Below are positions 1 to 9,012 of a stretch of DNA of 31,664 bases, in pieces. The notes under the pieces are model-generated. The model ran no database searches and was not told the DNA's origin. It saw only the letters and a list, made by a program, of their open reading frames with translations. Numbering within the stretch: position 1 is the first letter of the stretch; every line of letters begins with the position of its first letter. Origin of the DNA: Candidatus Sigynarchaeum calidifontis (GTDB lineage: Archaea > Asgardarchaeota > Lokiarchaeia > Sigyniarchaeales > Sigyniarchaeaceae); assembly GCA_030587475.2 (NCBI GenBank), contig JAUQYZ020000195.1, positions 1 through 31,664 on the forward strand. The letters run 5' to 3'. The position numbers and the translations under genes were made by a program.

Positions 1-66
1 CCCGCGCGGCGGGAACTTGTCCTCCTGCCCTGTCGTAAGGACCATCAAGAGGGCAAGAGGTATCCG

Positions 67-675
67 CTACAGGAGGTGGCCATGAAATCCTCGGTCGCGC
101 TCGTCGTTATCGCCGCGCTCGTCCTTGAAAGCCATCAAGTACTTGCCGTTGTTGAAGTTGATGGACGCGTCGATGCAGTTGAAGCCAGGGTCGAAGAACA
201 AGCGGGTTTTGGAAAACACGCGGAAATCCTTCGTGCGACACGCGTAGATGCGGTGATTCTTGTAATCGTTAGGCTTATTCAGATGATCGGGAAACGCGGC
301 GGGCACGGTGCTGCTCCAGAAGATCACGTAATCCTTCAGCTGCCGGTCGTAGCATGCCTCTGGCGCCCACGCGTTCTTCGCATCGGGAAAATCCTTCATC
401 ACGGGGAGGAGGCCCTGGGGCGACCACGTGAGGAGATCCTTGCTCGACGCGTGGACAATGTCGGGAGAGGCCCATCCATCCGTGCAAAGCAAGTGGAAGG
501 TGCCATCCTCAGCTTGGATGATGAACGGATCGCGCCAGTACCGATGACCCACTTTCGATTCCAGCACGGGCTCCTCGTCAGTGATCTCTCGCCACGTGAG
601 CAAATCGTCGGAGATGGCCAAGTGCAAGGCGGGTGCCATTTCCCGGAAGAAGCTGAAGCAATACATGATGGTCAC
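67..675 (-). CDS. Glycoside hydrolase family 43-like (5-blade propeller), C-terminally truncated or frameshifted
   Basis: LHLAISDDLLTW, RDPFI (general base), NAWAPE, CIDASI and FKDER motifs. It stops at 202 aa (TAG 67-69), before the blade that normally carries the catalytic acid Glu. Confidence 0.75.
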   Translation of the reverse strand: MTIMYCFSFFREMAPALHLAISDDLLTWREITDEEPVLESKVGHRYWRDPFIIQAEDGTFHLLCTDGWASPDIVHASSKDLLTWSPQGLLPVMKDFPDAKNAWAPEACYDRQLKDYVIFWSSTVPAAFPDHLNKPNDYKNHRIYACRTKDFRVFSKTRLFFDPGFNCIDASINFNNGKYLMAFKDERGDNDERDRGFHGHLL

Positions 676-790
676 CCGGAGGGGAACAGATATTATCCTT
701 TCTCTCCGACTTTGAAACCCTTACTGGACAGAACATTCCATCGGGAGGCTCGTTCCCGACTACGGGATAATGTTAAAGAGAAAGATCGAG

Positions 791-805
791 AAAAAAAAAC
801 AAAAA
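791..805 (-). terminator. Oligo-T tract, candidate archaeal-type terminator
   Basis: A9-C-A5 on the + strand, read as T-runs on the minus strand, a few nt after the stop of the 810-1703 gene. Confidence 0.45.
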
Positions 806-809
806 TGGC

Positions 810-1703
810 TTATTTCTTCTTATGCTTATGGATGCTGACAGCGATGATCACGACGATCAATACGCCACCGCCGATCCCGATGAACCATTCGACGGGTATA
901 TAGCTCGCGAGGTCAGATGGGTACACGGCTTCGTAAACATGGCGGCTTCGTGCGGTCTGCGTCTGGTAACTGGACGTCGTGCTGTTCCATTTCACCTGGG
1001 TCATTTCAAACGTCGTGTCCAACGAGTCGAGCACGAGGTTGTAGATGGAATAGGTGAACGAGCTCGTGCACTTGATTGTCGCGTTAGTCCAATGGCCACT
1101 ATCCTGGTACCCAAAAGCGATATCGAGCGTGCCCGACACGTAGGAGAGCAGCGCCAAGGAGATCGAGGCCGATGACGTCTCCCAGTACGTGCTCGGAGAG
1201 AATGCCTTTGCCAGCGACATCGCCAGGGCCATCCCGAACATTTCTGGCACGGGCAAAATGTGCATGCTCAAGAAAGCGGTGTACTTGTCCCGGTCGCCAA
1301 GCCCTAGCAGGTTCAGCATCGACACGCCGGATTTGCAATAGAAGCCCTGGTACCAGTAGGTCTGGTTAGCATCGAGCATCTTGAGGGTGAGCGCGCTACT
1401 CGACCCCCAGCTCGTCCCGTCCACGCCATGGGCCTCGTAATCGCTCTGGTTTGCGTAGGGAAATCTCGCCGATATGTTCAAGTGATCCGAGCCAGCTACG
1501 ATTCCTGTCACGTTCATGAGCTTGTACCGTATCGTGGTCTGGTCGACTGTCAAATCCGGCTTGTACGTGTAATAGGTCCAACGCCACACGAACTTGTTGC
1601 CCGCGGAAAATCCAACCGATGAGGAACTCGCCTGCACGCTTTGCATCAGCAAGCACGCCATGAGCAAGCACGTGCCAGCGATCATCCAAATCCTTTTCTT
1701 CAT
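810..1703 (-). CDS. Cell-surface (glyco)protein with signal peptide and C-terminal membrane anchor
   Basis: MKKR + hydrophobic stretch + VQA cleavage-like site. Ser/Thr/Tyr-rich body with 6 N-x-S/T sequons. C-terminal TM followed by HKHKKK. GAGGA lies upstream. Confidence 0.8.
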   Translation of the reverse strand: MKKRIWMIAGTCLLMACLLMQSVQASSSSVGFSAGNKFVWRWTYYTYKPDLTVDQTTIRYKLMNVTGIVAGSDHLNISARFPYANQSDYEAHGVDGTSWGSSSALTLKMLDANQTYWYQGFYCKSGVSMLNLLGLGDRDKYTAFLSMHILPVPEMFGMALAMSLAKAFSPSTYWETSSASISLALLSYVSGTLDIAFGYQDSGHWTNATIKCTSSFTYSIYNLVLDSLDTTFEMTQVKWNSTTSSYQTQTARSRHVYEAVYPSDLASYIPVEWFIGIGGGVLIVVIIAVSIHKHKKK

Positions 1704-1712
1704 GATATCGTC

Positions 1713-1776
1713 CTCGGTAGTAAATTATGAGTGACATGCAACTGGAGGAAAAGCATGGATATAATTTTCTACCGAG
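1713..1776. repeat. 16-bp inverted repeat (15/16 match) with inner 5-bp stem
   Basis: CTCGGTAGTAAATTAT (1713-1728) versus ATAATTTTCTACCGAG (1761-1776). Inner CATGC (1735-1739) pairs with GCATG (1753-1757). Confidence 0.8.
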
Positions 1777-1796
1777 CCATCTTGCTACCCAGGATC

Positions 1797-2186
1797 TTAC
1801 TTGAAGGTGTTCACGTCCGGCGGGTATTTCAAACAAACTTGATCGCTCGTGACCTCGCGCTTCATGCTCGATTCGCCGGACTGGCCCGCCACGTTGTATT
1901 CCACCACGAGCTCGTGCTCGTCGATCATCTTGGTGCCGGGCGGTTATTCATTCTCGGGATAGTCGTAGATGCCGACGATCTTGGCACCGACGGGAATGTT
2001 TATCCCGGTCGCATCGGCGATATTGCCCATCTCCAGGCTACTGTCCTCCTTCCGCAGCTCGAGCTTCTTGAAGTCGAACTTGAAATCGTTGCCATCTAGC
2101 GTTCCGGTTATCAGGAAATCGAGGTCGCTCCCGCCGGCGAGCTTCGCGAGCTCTTCGGGATCTTTCGCCCCGATCCTCGCCCCGAG
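1797..2186 (-). pseudogene. 5'-truncated gene remnant with in-frame TAA
   Basis: The minus frame reads LGARIGAKDPEELAKL...DGNDFKFDFKKLELR...INIPVGAKIVGIYDYPENE*PPGTKMIDEHELVVEYNV...CLKYPPDVNTFK* with coding-like GC3 codons. Internal TAA at 1944-1946, TGA at 2187-2189, no convincing start. Absent from the ORF track. Confidence 0.65.
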
Positions 2187-2328
2187 TCAATATGAATGAT
2201 CTTGTCTTCTCAACGAGAGCGCCTTTCATGGTGCAAGGTTAATGAGTTAATAACGATGGTTTTATGCGCCGCTTCAGAACTTAGCTTGTTCCTCTTCTTT
2301 GCATTCCATCACCACAAGGTTGACCGAA

Positions 2329-3726
2329 ATGGGTGGACTCTTTGGCGTTGCATCTCGCGGCGATTGTGTCTCCGACATTTTCTATGGTACGGACTACCAC
2401 TCACATTTGGGAACTTACCGTGGTGGCCTGGTCTGCATCAATTCGGTGGGCTTCAAGCGGTTCATTCATGACATCACGAATAGCCAGTTCAGGTCGAAAT
2501 TCGAAGATGACATAACGAAGATGCACGGGCACAAGGGGATAGGTGTCATCAGCGATACCGACGACCAGCCGCTGATCATCGGCTCCCATCTCGGCACGTT
2601 CGCCATCGCGACCGTCGGGCGCATCAACAACCTCGACCAGCTCGCCAGCGACCTGTTCCGCAAGGGATCCCACTTCTCCGAGATGTCGGGAGACTCGATC
2701 AACCCGACCGAGATGGTCGCAAAGTTAATATGCCAGGGGGAAAAATTCGTCGACGGCATCAAGCGAGCGCAAGAGTTGATCGATGGCTCGTGCACCATGC
2801 TCTTGCTGACGAGCGACGGGGTCTACGCCGCCCGCGACAGGCTCGGCCGCACGCCGTTGATCCTCGGCAAGAAACTGGGTGCCCACGCCGTGACCATGGA
2901 AACTTGCGCCTTCCCGAACCTCGGATACGAGTACGTCCGTGACCTTGGCCCAGGCGAGATCGTCAAGATCACGGAAGATGGCGTCGAGGTCCTCAAGGAA
3001 CCAGAGCGCCGGCTCCAGATCTGCGCCTTCATGTGGGTGTATTACGGGTATCCGGCGTCGAACTACGAAGGTATCAACACGGAAGCCGTCAGGTACAGGT
3101 GCGGGGCGTGCCTGGCGCGGCACGAGAAGGGGATCGACATCGATCTGGTCACCGGGATCCCGGACTCGGGCACGGGGCACGGGATCGGGTATGCCAACGA
3201 GGCGAAGGTGCCGTTCATGCGGCCATTCGTGAAATACACGCCGACCTGGCCGCGGAGCTTCATGCCGCAGGATCAGAACCACCGGAACCTCGTGGCGCGC
3301 ATGAAACTCTTGCCGATAAAGGAATTCATCGAGGGGAAGCGCATGTTATTCTGCGAAGACTCGATCGTGCGGGGAACGCAGCTGCGGGACACGATCCAGC
3401 AGCTTTACACGCTCGGCGCGAAGGAGGTCCACATGCGCCCCGCGTGCCCGCCGCTCGTGTACGGGTGCAAGTTCTTGAATTACTCCCGGTCCAAGTCCGA
3501 CCTGGACCTGGCTGCACGGCGAGCCATTAAAGAGCTCGGGGGCGATGGTGGTGACTTGAAAGAGTTTGCGAATCCAGATTCGGACAAGTACAAGGTCATG
3601 GTCGAAAATATCCGGAAACAACTCCACCTCACCTCGTTGAAATACCAGCGGCTCGATGATCTCGTCCGCGCCATCGGTTTACCGAAGGAAAAACTGTGCA
3701 CGTATTGCTGGGACGGCGCGGAGTGA
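2329..3726 (+). CDS. purF: Amidophosphoribosyltransferase (PurF-like), variant lacking the N-terminal Cys nucleophile
   Basis: MGGLFG start, RDRLGRTPL, QICAFMWVYY, IPDSG, RSFMPQDQ, PRPP loop EDSIVRGT, RPACPP, CTYCWDG. ATG 2329 preferred over TTG 2299. Confidence 0.92.
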   Translation: MGGLFGVASRGDCVSDIFYGTDYHSHLGTYRGGLVCINSVGFKRFIHDITNSQFRSKFEDDITKMHGHKGIGVISDTDDQPLIIGSHLGTFAIATVGRINNLDQLASDLFRKGSHFSEMSGDSINPTEMVAKLICQGEKFVDGIKRAQELIDGSCTMLLLTSDGVYAARDRLGRTPLILGKKLGAHAVTMETCAFPNLGYEYVRDLGPGEIVKITEDGVEVLKEPERRLQICAFMWVYYGYPASNYEGINTEAVRYRCGACLARHEKGIDIDLVTGIPDSGTGHGIGYANEAKVPFMRPFVKYTPTWPRSFMPQDQNHRNLVARMKLLPIKEFIEGKRMLFCEDSIVRGTQLRDTIQQLYTLGAKEVHMRPACPPLVYGCKFLNYSRSKSDLDLAARRAIKELGGDGGDLKEFANPDSDKYKVMVENIRKQLHLTSLKYQRLDDLVRAIGLPKEKLCTYCWDGAE

Positions 3727-4028
3727 TCTTGATCCCCCCCCCCATGTGACTATCCGATTAGCGATTCGCCGCCATTCCAGGGGCGGCATTCGTATAACGT
3801 CAGTGCCGATTAACCCGCATCCGTTTGTCAACCATACTCTCGGATATAGCTTTATTTGTGATTCTATCATAAAGGCCATTGCTAACAATACCCGATTTGG
3901 TCATCTTTAAAAAGGTCTGGAGACGTTCCCGTGGAAGTAAAACGCGGGAATCGAAGGTCACGATAAAATCGATGGTTAAATAGAAACGATCTGAAAATGG
4001 CGGGGATAGTCGCCAGAAAGGTGAAAGA

Positions 4029-4784
4029 TTGGCATCCTCCAACATAGCCTTGTCTGCGGGGATACTGGCATTCACGGCAGGCATTATCGCGGCATACATG
4101 TCTGTGCTCTTGTTCAAGCGGAACAAGCTTAAGCCCCAGAAGGCAACATTATATGTTTTTTTTGCAACGTTCTCGTGGACGATCGTGTTCTTCTTGGCTT
4201 CACAGATATACTTCTTCGCGGGGATGAATCTGGCCTTGGCGTATGTGCTTCAAGTGATGATGTACGGTTCCATCTTCTCAGCAGTGATTTTTCTATACAT
4301 GTTTGCCAGGAAGACTTTTTTCAGGGAAAAAACGAGATTTTACGTTGCATATATCATCCTGGGAATCGTCCTTGTCGTGATATTGGCTGCAACCGAATCG
4401 AGCTACGTTGAACCCTTCCCGGATAGTATAGGGGGAGATTTCCCGGCTGTCATTTTGAAGACCGAACAAGGTCTTGTCCTTGTCGCATACGTCGTACCCA
4501 CTCTCGTGGGGATAGCCGTGTCAGCCTTCAAGGTCGCATCACGGCTCGAGGACAAGCTCTTTGCCCGGGGCTTTCAAGTGATAGGATTTGGATTGATCAT
4601 CGCGCTGATAACGATGGGATGCGACACGGTGGCAACCCTGGTCATTTCGAGTGCCATTGGCTATGCATTAGCGTTGTATGCCCAATGGATATTGAACGTG
4701 CTTGCTGCGGTTTTCTTGTACGTGGGATGGACGATGCCTGGCTGGTTCCAGCGAAGGTATGGTACCAGGTCCAGGGACGCGTGA
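4029..4784 (+). CDS. Stand-alone 7-TM membrane protein (receptor-like, no output domain)
   Basis: Seven hydrophobic segments with a longer loop between TM4 and TM5. C-terminal YVGWTMPGWFQRR. AGGTGA precedes the TTG start. Confidence 0.8.
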   Translation: MASSNIALSAGILAFTAGIIAAYMSVLLFKRNKLKPQKATLYVFFATFSWTIVFFLASQIYFFAGMNLALAYVLQVMMYGSIFSAVIFLYMFARKTFFREKTRFYVAYIILGIVLVVILAATESSYVEPFPDSIGGDFPAVILKTEQGLVLVAYVVPTLVGIAVSAFKVASRLEDKLFARGFQVIGFGLIIALITMGCDTVATLVISSAIGYALALYAQWILNVLAAVFLYVGWTMPGWFQRRYGTRSRDA

Positions 4785-5164
4785 GTATAGGCGGGGGCAT
4801 CCGATGGATGTCGCGAAATTCTTTACCAATGGTTTTCTTTTTGAGCAATACGGAAGTGTTAATGCGCCATCGCAGTCTGTTTTGCAAAAAATGAAGGTGT
4901 CTTTCCTTTTTTTAAAGAACGATGGTAGGAAATAAGCGCTTGTCCAATTATAGATTGGTTCTTTAAGCAAGTGTTACTCGATTAAAGCAGCCGCGTTTCT
5001 CAAATTGATAGAAGTCCGGAAAACAACGAATGCACGGATTCACCGCACGACCAGAATTCGACCAGATATTCTACGATTTTTATGCAGGGAAACGAATGGC
5101 TAAAGTATATGGCCCAGTAAACAAGGAAACAACGCATCAAGTGACAGAATAAAGGGAAAAGACA

Positions 5165-5575
5165 ATGGCCAATGGAACCGTGAAGTGGTTTAATAGCAAG
5201 AAGGGTTTCGGCTTTATTACACAGCCGGGAGTCGAAAAGGATGTATTTGTTCACTTTAGTAATATCAAAGTAGAAGATGGCGCGTTTGCCACGTTGAACG
5301 ATGGTGACGAGGTCGAATTCGAGATAGCGGATGGACAGAAGGGTCAGGAAGCAAAGAATGTTGTCGTTACAAAAGCTGCACCCCCAAAAGAACGGCCAGC
5401 GCGCCGCAGTTATGGAGGCGGCTATGGCGACGACGATGACCGTGGAGGTTATGGGAGCTATGGTGGCGGTCGTGGTGGCTATGGTGGCGGCGGCTACGGC
5501 GGTGGCAAGAGATACGGCGGTGGTGGCAAGAAGTACGGTGGCGGCCGGGACGGCGGGTACCGGCGGAGATATTAG
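5165..5575 (+). CDS. Cold-shock domain protein with Gly/Tyr/Arg-rich low-complexity tail
   Basis: GTVKWFN, RNP1 KGFGFI, RNP2 VFVHF and [10 protein letters not shown], followed by about 55 aa of YGGG/RGG repeats. Confidence 0.95.
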   Translation: MANGTVKWFNSKKGFGFITQPGVEKDVFVHFSNIKVEDGAFATLNDGDEVEFEIADGQKGQEAKNVVVTKAAPPKERPARRSYGGGYGDDDDRGGYGSYGGGRGGYGGGGYGGGKRYGGGGKKYGGGRDGGYRRRY

Positions 5576-5617
5576 ATTTCGTGAATTCATCGCGTTTCGA
5601 GACCCAATCTCATATTC

Positions 5618-5624
5618 TTTTTTT
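5618..5624 (+). terminator. T7 tract, candidate terminator of the cold-shock gene
   Basis: TTTTTTT about 40 nt downstream of the stop codon. Confidence 0.4.
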
Positions 5625-5702
5625 GGATCTTCACGCTCGTGATTTTCGGAATTGTCCGCCGGCCAGCGAATCCTTTAATAGGTTCATGCCGAGAGACACG
5701 GC

Positions 5703-8636
5703 ATGATCGCCACGATCTCGTGGAACCTCCTATTGTACTACCTGTTGGCTGGGATCTCTAGCTTCATACTCGATGGAAGCCAGATGATAATGATCGATCT
5801 TCCTATCATGCTGGTTTCAGTTGGCGTGTATTTATTTACATTTTATTTGAATTATTTCAATAGAAACACCGCGTCTCCAGATATAAATGTCGTAACACGC
5901 GATATGAAAAAGAAAGGAGGTGCTGGACTTCTCGTCCGGTGTACCGTCGCCGTCCTCTTTGGCATGACTCACGTGAGCATCGCGGTCGGCCTATCTTGTT
6001 ACTTTTTACTGCTCTCGTGTGGTTATGTTAAACAGATCTTGGAACGAATCGCGCCGATGAAGCAATGGGCGATTACGGCTGACATCGCGTGCATGGCCAT
6101 CCCGCCTCTCCTCCTTGCTTTGCTCCTCGCCGTCGGGGGCGAGTTCGCTTTTATCGGCATCATTCCCGTCATCATCGCGGTCTTACTCCATGTCCACTGG
6201 GGAAGGCATCACGTGAAGGTCTCGGTAAGAGACTACTTCGCGAGATACGAGTGGAACCTCGGCCCGAGGATCCCGTCGAGCGTGCAATATGCCTTGTTCG
6301 CAGCACTCGTGTTATTGATCACGCTGCCCTGGATCGGGCTTACCATCGGCAACGGGAGCTTCATCGATAACGGTTACGTGTTGATGGCCGAGATTTTCGC
6401 CCCGGCCAGGATCTGCCTAGTGAACTTTCCAGTCATCGTTGTTTCACGGTGGATCTTCTTGAAGGTCCGGGCACGTCACCTCCTGGCATTGAATGGCCAA
6501 AATCGAGGCGTTAACAATGGAGATTCTCTTGATCTGGGCGATCGTATCATCAGGGTACACGTTATTGCCAACAATCTCACGATCATCTTGGCCGGGATTC
6601 TCGTCGTCCACGTCGCTCTCGCCGCCGGGACGTATTCGCTGCTCCTCTCTGCCCTTTACATTTCACGTTCGGGAGGACGGGGCAGGATTTCCATTCACAA
6701 CAAGGTTTATTTGGTGGTCACCTGCGCGATCATCCCCTTCGCTTTCTTGGTTTCTCTCCTGGCATATCCACTCACGTTCATACTCGCCACTGGCCTGGCA
6801 TCAGTTGGTGTCGCGTTCTTGGGAGCCATCATGAAAGGAAAAACGATCGTCAATATGACGAGGGCGGAGATGATCCTCCAGGTCAGGCCACACTGGCGGA
6901 AAATCACGGTCGCTCTCGAGATCGCCTTGCTCGTGTATGGCTTCTGGATGCCTGGTATGCTCCTCGCCGGAAATCTCGGCGGGGGTCTCGTCGTCGAGCA
7001 TTACAAGCTCACGATGTCGGACGGGATCCACCTCGCGACCGATGTCTACTTCTCCCCGCTGGTCGGGCGAAATCCCGCCCCCGTGATTCTCGTCAGGACG
7101 CCGTACGGGAAGAATGAAACCGGGTTGCTCTATGCGAGTATCTATACAGCACAAGGTTACCACGTGGTCGTGCAAGATTTCAGGGGAACCCACGAGAGCG
7201 AAGGCGGGAGCGATTTCCTCATCTTCACGAAAGATATATTCGACGCACCCGAGACGATCGCATGGATACGAAACCAGTCCTGGTGCAACGGGAAGGTGGG
7301 TTCCGCGGGCGCTTCGGCTCTTTGCATCACGCAATACCTCTACGCGGGGATGAATCCAGAGGGCCTACTCGCCCAGAGCTTCTGGTTCGGGACGCCGGAC
7401 TTGATAGAAGACGCCATCCTGGAGGGTGCATTTCACCAGGGCCTCGTCGAGTACTGGCTCGAGGGCGTCGCGCACGACAACTGGCGCAAGCAGATCGACA
7501 TCATCTTCGCGCACATGGCAAACCTGAGCATGCTCGATAGCCTGGAAGCCAGTAGCGTCACCCTTAGCAAGCCACCGAACGTGTATGGTAATGTGACCAC
7601 CCGGGGCATCCACGTCGGCGGTTTTTACGACCATTTCCTCCGCGGCACGATCCGCGGGTACACGCAAATCGACGACAACGGCGCTCCGAGAGCCCGCGGC
7701 CATCAACGGATGGTCATCGGGCCATGGACGCACTGTGCCGTGTGGGGCGGCAAGCAAGGGGAACTGGTATATCCTCCCAATTCGAACGGCCTGGGCATGC
7801 TCATCGACTGGGAAACAGAGATATTTAACGAGGCATTCCTCGGTATACCGGCAAACTGGGACGGAAACCGCGTTGCCTATTATTTAATGGGTGACGTCGA
7901 CGATCCGGCTGCGGGCGCGAATTACTGGAAGTTCGCGAAAGACTGGCCTATCAACGGCATCAACAACTCGTACGAGACGTGGTACCTCGGTGTCGATGGC
8001 GCCGGCAACAAGAAACTCGCCCTCAACGCCGCGGGGTTGCAGACCGGCGTGAACTTGTCCTACTTGTATGATCCTCGCGACCCCATCTACACGCGCGGCG
8101 GGAATAACGAGCCGAGCTATACCGAGAAGGGAGCCGGGCCGTTCGACCAGCGACCCGTTGAAACGATCGATAGTGCATATACAATCCTTCGCGACGATTT
8201 GCTGCTCTTCCAGTCGGACGTGATCCGAGATCCCATCACGTTCGAGGGGAATCTCAAGGCGAGGCTGCACGTCAGCAGCAACTGCACGGACACGGACTTC
8301 ATGGTGAAGCTCTGTGACGTGTATCCAGACGGCAGGCGCATGCTGATCATCGACTCGGCGCTCACGACCCGCTACCGTGTTAGCCACACCAGCGAGAATT
8401 TTCTAACCCCGGGCCAGGAACACGTGATCGACGTGGACTTGATCGCGACCGCGTACAAGTTTAACAAGGGCCATCGCATCGCCATCACGATACAATCGAG
8501 CAACTACGATCGATACGCGATAAACCCGAACACCGGCGGGCCGATCACCGACCATTTTGCCGAGGGCTTCATCGCGAACAACACGATTATCACGGGGCCG
8601 GGCAAATCTTGCATTTTTTTCCCGAAAATAATATGA
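5703..8636 (+). CDS. CocE/NonD-family (peptidase S15-like) hydrolase fused to an N-terminal polytopic membrane domain
   Basis: MSDGIHLATDVY, LVRTPYGK, QDFRG, WCNGKVGSAGASA (nucleophile Ser), IGPWTH, YDPRDP, DTDFMVKLCDVYPDG, GHRI. The first ~430 aa hold many TM segments. Confidence 0.9.
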   Translation: MIATISWNLLLYYLLAGISSFILDGSQMIMIDLPIMLVSVGVYLFTFYLNYFNRNTASPDINVVTRDMKKKGGAGLLVRCTVAVLFGMTHVSIAVGLSCYFLLLSCGYVKQILERIAPMKQWAITADIACMAIPPLLLALLLAVGGEFAFIGIIPVIIAVLLHVHWGRHHVKVSVRDYFARYEWNLGPRIPSSVQYALFAALVLLITLPWIGLTIGNGSFIDNGYVLMAEIFAPARICLVNFPVIVVSRWIFLKVRARHLLALNGQNRGVNNGDSLDLGDRIIRVHVIANNLTIILAGILVVHVALAAGTYSLLLSALYISRSGGRGRISIHNKVYLVVTCAIIPFAFLVSLLAYPLTFILATGLASVGVAFLGAIMKGKTIVNMTRAEMILQVRPHWRKITVALEIALLVYGFWMPGMLLAGNLGGGLVVEHYKLTMSDGIHLATDVYFSPLVGRNPAPVILVRTPYGKNETGLLYASIYTAQGYHVVVQDFRGTHESEGGSDFLIFTKDIFDAPETIAWIRNQSWCNGKVGSAGASALCITQYLYAGMNPEGLLAQSFWFGTPDLIEDAILEGAFHQGLVEYWLEGVAHDNWRKQIDIIFAHMANLSMLDSLEASSVTLSKPPNVYGNVTTRGIHVGGFYDHFLRGTIRGYTQIDDNGAPRARGHQRMVIGPWTHCAVWGGKQGELVYPPNSNGLGMLIDWETEIFNEAFLGIPANWDGNRVAYYLMGDVDDPAAGANYWKFAKDWPINGINNSYETWYLGVDGAGNKKLALNAAGLQTGVNLSYLYDPRDPIYTRGGNNEPSYTEKGAGPFDQRPVETIDSAYTILRDDLLLFQSDVIRDPITFEGNLKARLHVSSNCTDTDFMVKLCDVYPDGRRMLIIDSALTTRYRVSHTSENFLTPGQEHVIDVDLIATAYKFNKGHRIAITIQSSNYDRYAINPNTGGPITDHFAEGFIANNTIITGPGKSCIFFPKII

Positions 8637-8761
8637 TGCAATAATCTTCATTTTATTTTCAAAAAGGGAGAAAATCATTAAAAGATAATAAAAAACACAA
8701 TAATATTCCCAAGATCGAGTTCGACACATCGCGATGAAGGGCTTGTGAAGTAAAAAACCCT

Positions 8762-9010
8762 TTAAAAAAAACGGGATTTCACGCCCCCGAACATCAAGAG
8801 CCAGCCAAGCCCGGGCATTATGAAACTGAGGATCACGAACAAGTCATTCGTGTCCACGCCGATCGGGATGAGATTCGGGTCGTAGTTGTGCAAATATCCA
8901 GTTATTCCGAGGTAGATCCCGCCCGCGACCAGCAACACAGAGAGAAAGGTGACCAGCGCGCTCGGCGGGGTCCATCCGGACCCACCACTTTGCTTCTTTT
9001 TACGCGCCAT
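8762..9010 (-). CDS. Small 2-TM membrane protein (82 aa)
   Basis: MARKKKQ...WTPPS + TM + loop + TM ending GLGWLLMFGGVKSRFF. ATG at 9010 sits 2 nt after the stop of the upstream gene. Confidence 0.75.
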   Translation of the reverse strand: MARKKKQSGGSGWTPPSALVTFLSVLLVAGGIYLGITGYLHNYDPNLIPIGVDTNDLFVILSFIMPGLGWLLMFGGVKSRFF

Positions 9011-9012
9011 GA

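Noticed and set aside
1-69. Amber (pyrrolysine) readthrough of the GH43 stop
   Set aside because: The in-frame continuation RIPLALLMVLTTG is not GH43-like; the shifted frame fits better.
76-903. 275-aa + strand ORF with SD-like AGGAGG
   Set aside because: Almost entirely antisense to GH43 and has shadow-ORF composition. Only its first few codons may be real, if a junction exists.
5410-5570. GGN/TAY-rich repeats as a CRISPR or DNA repeat
   Set aside because: Synonymous variation shows they are protein-level Gly/Tyr repeats; there are no spacers.
5000-5590. 196-aa minus-strand Ala/Thr-rich ORF
   Set aside because: Antisense of the cold-shock gene's Gly-rich codons.
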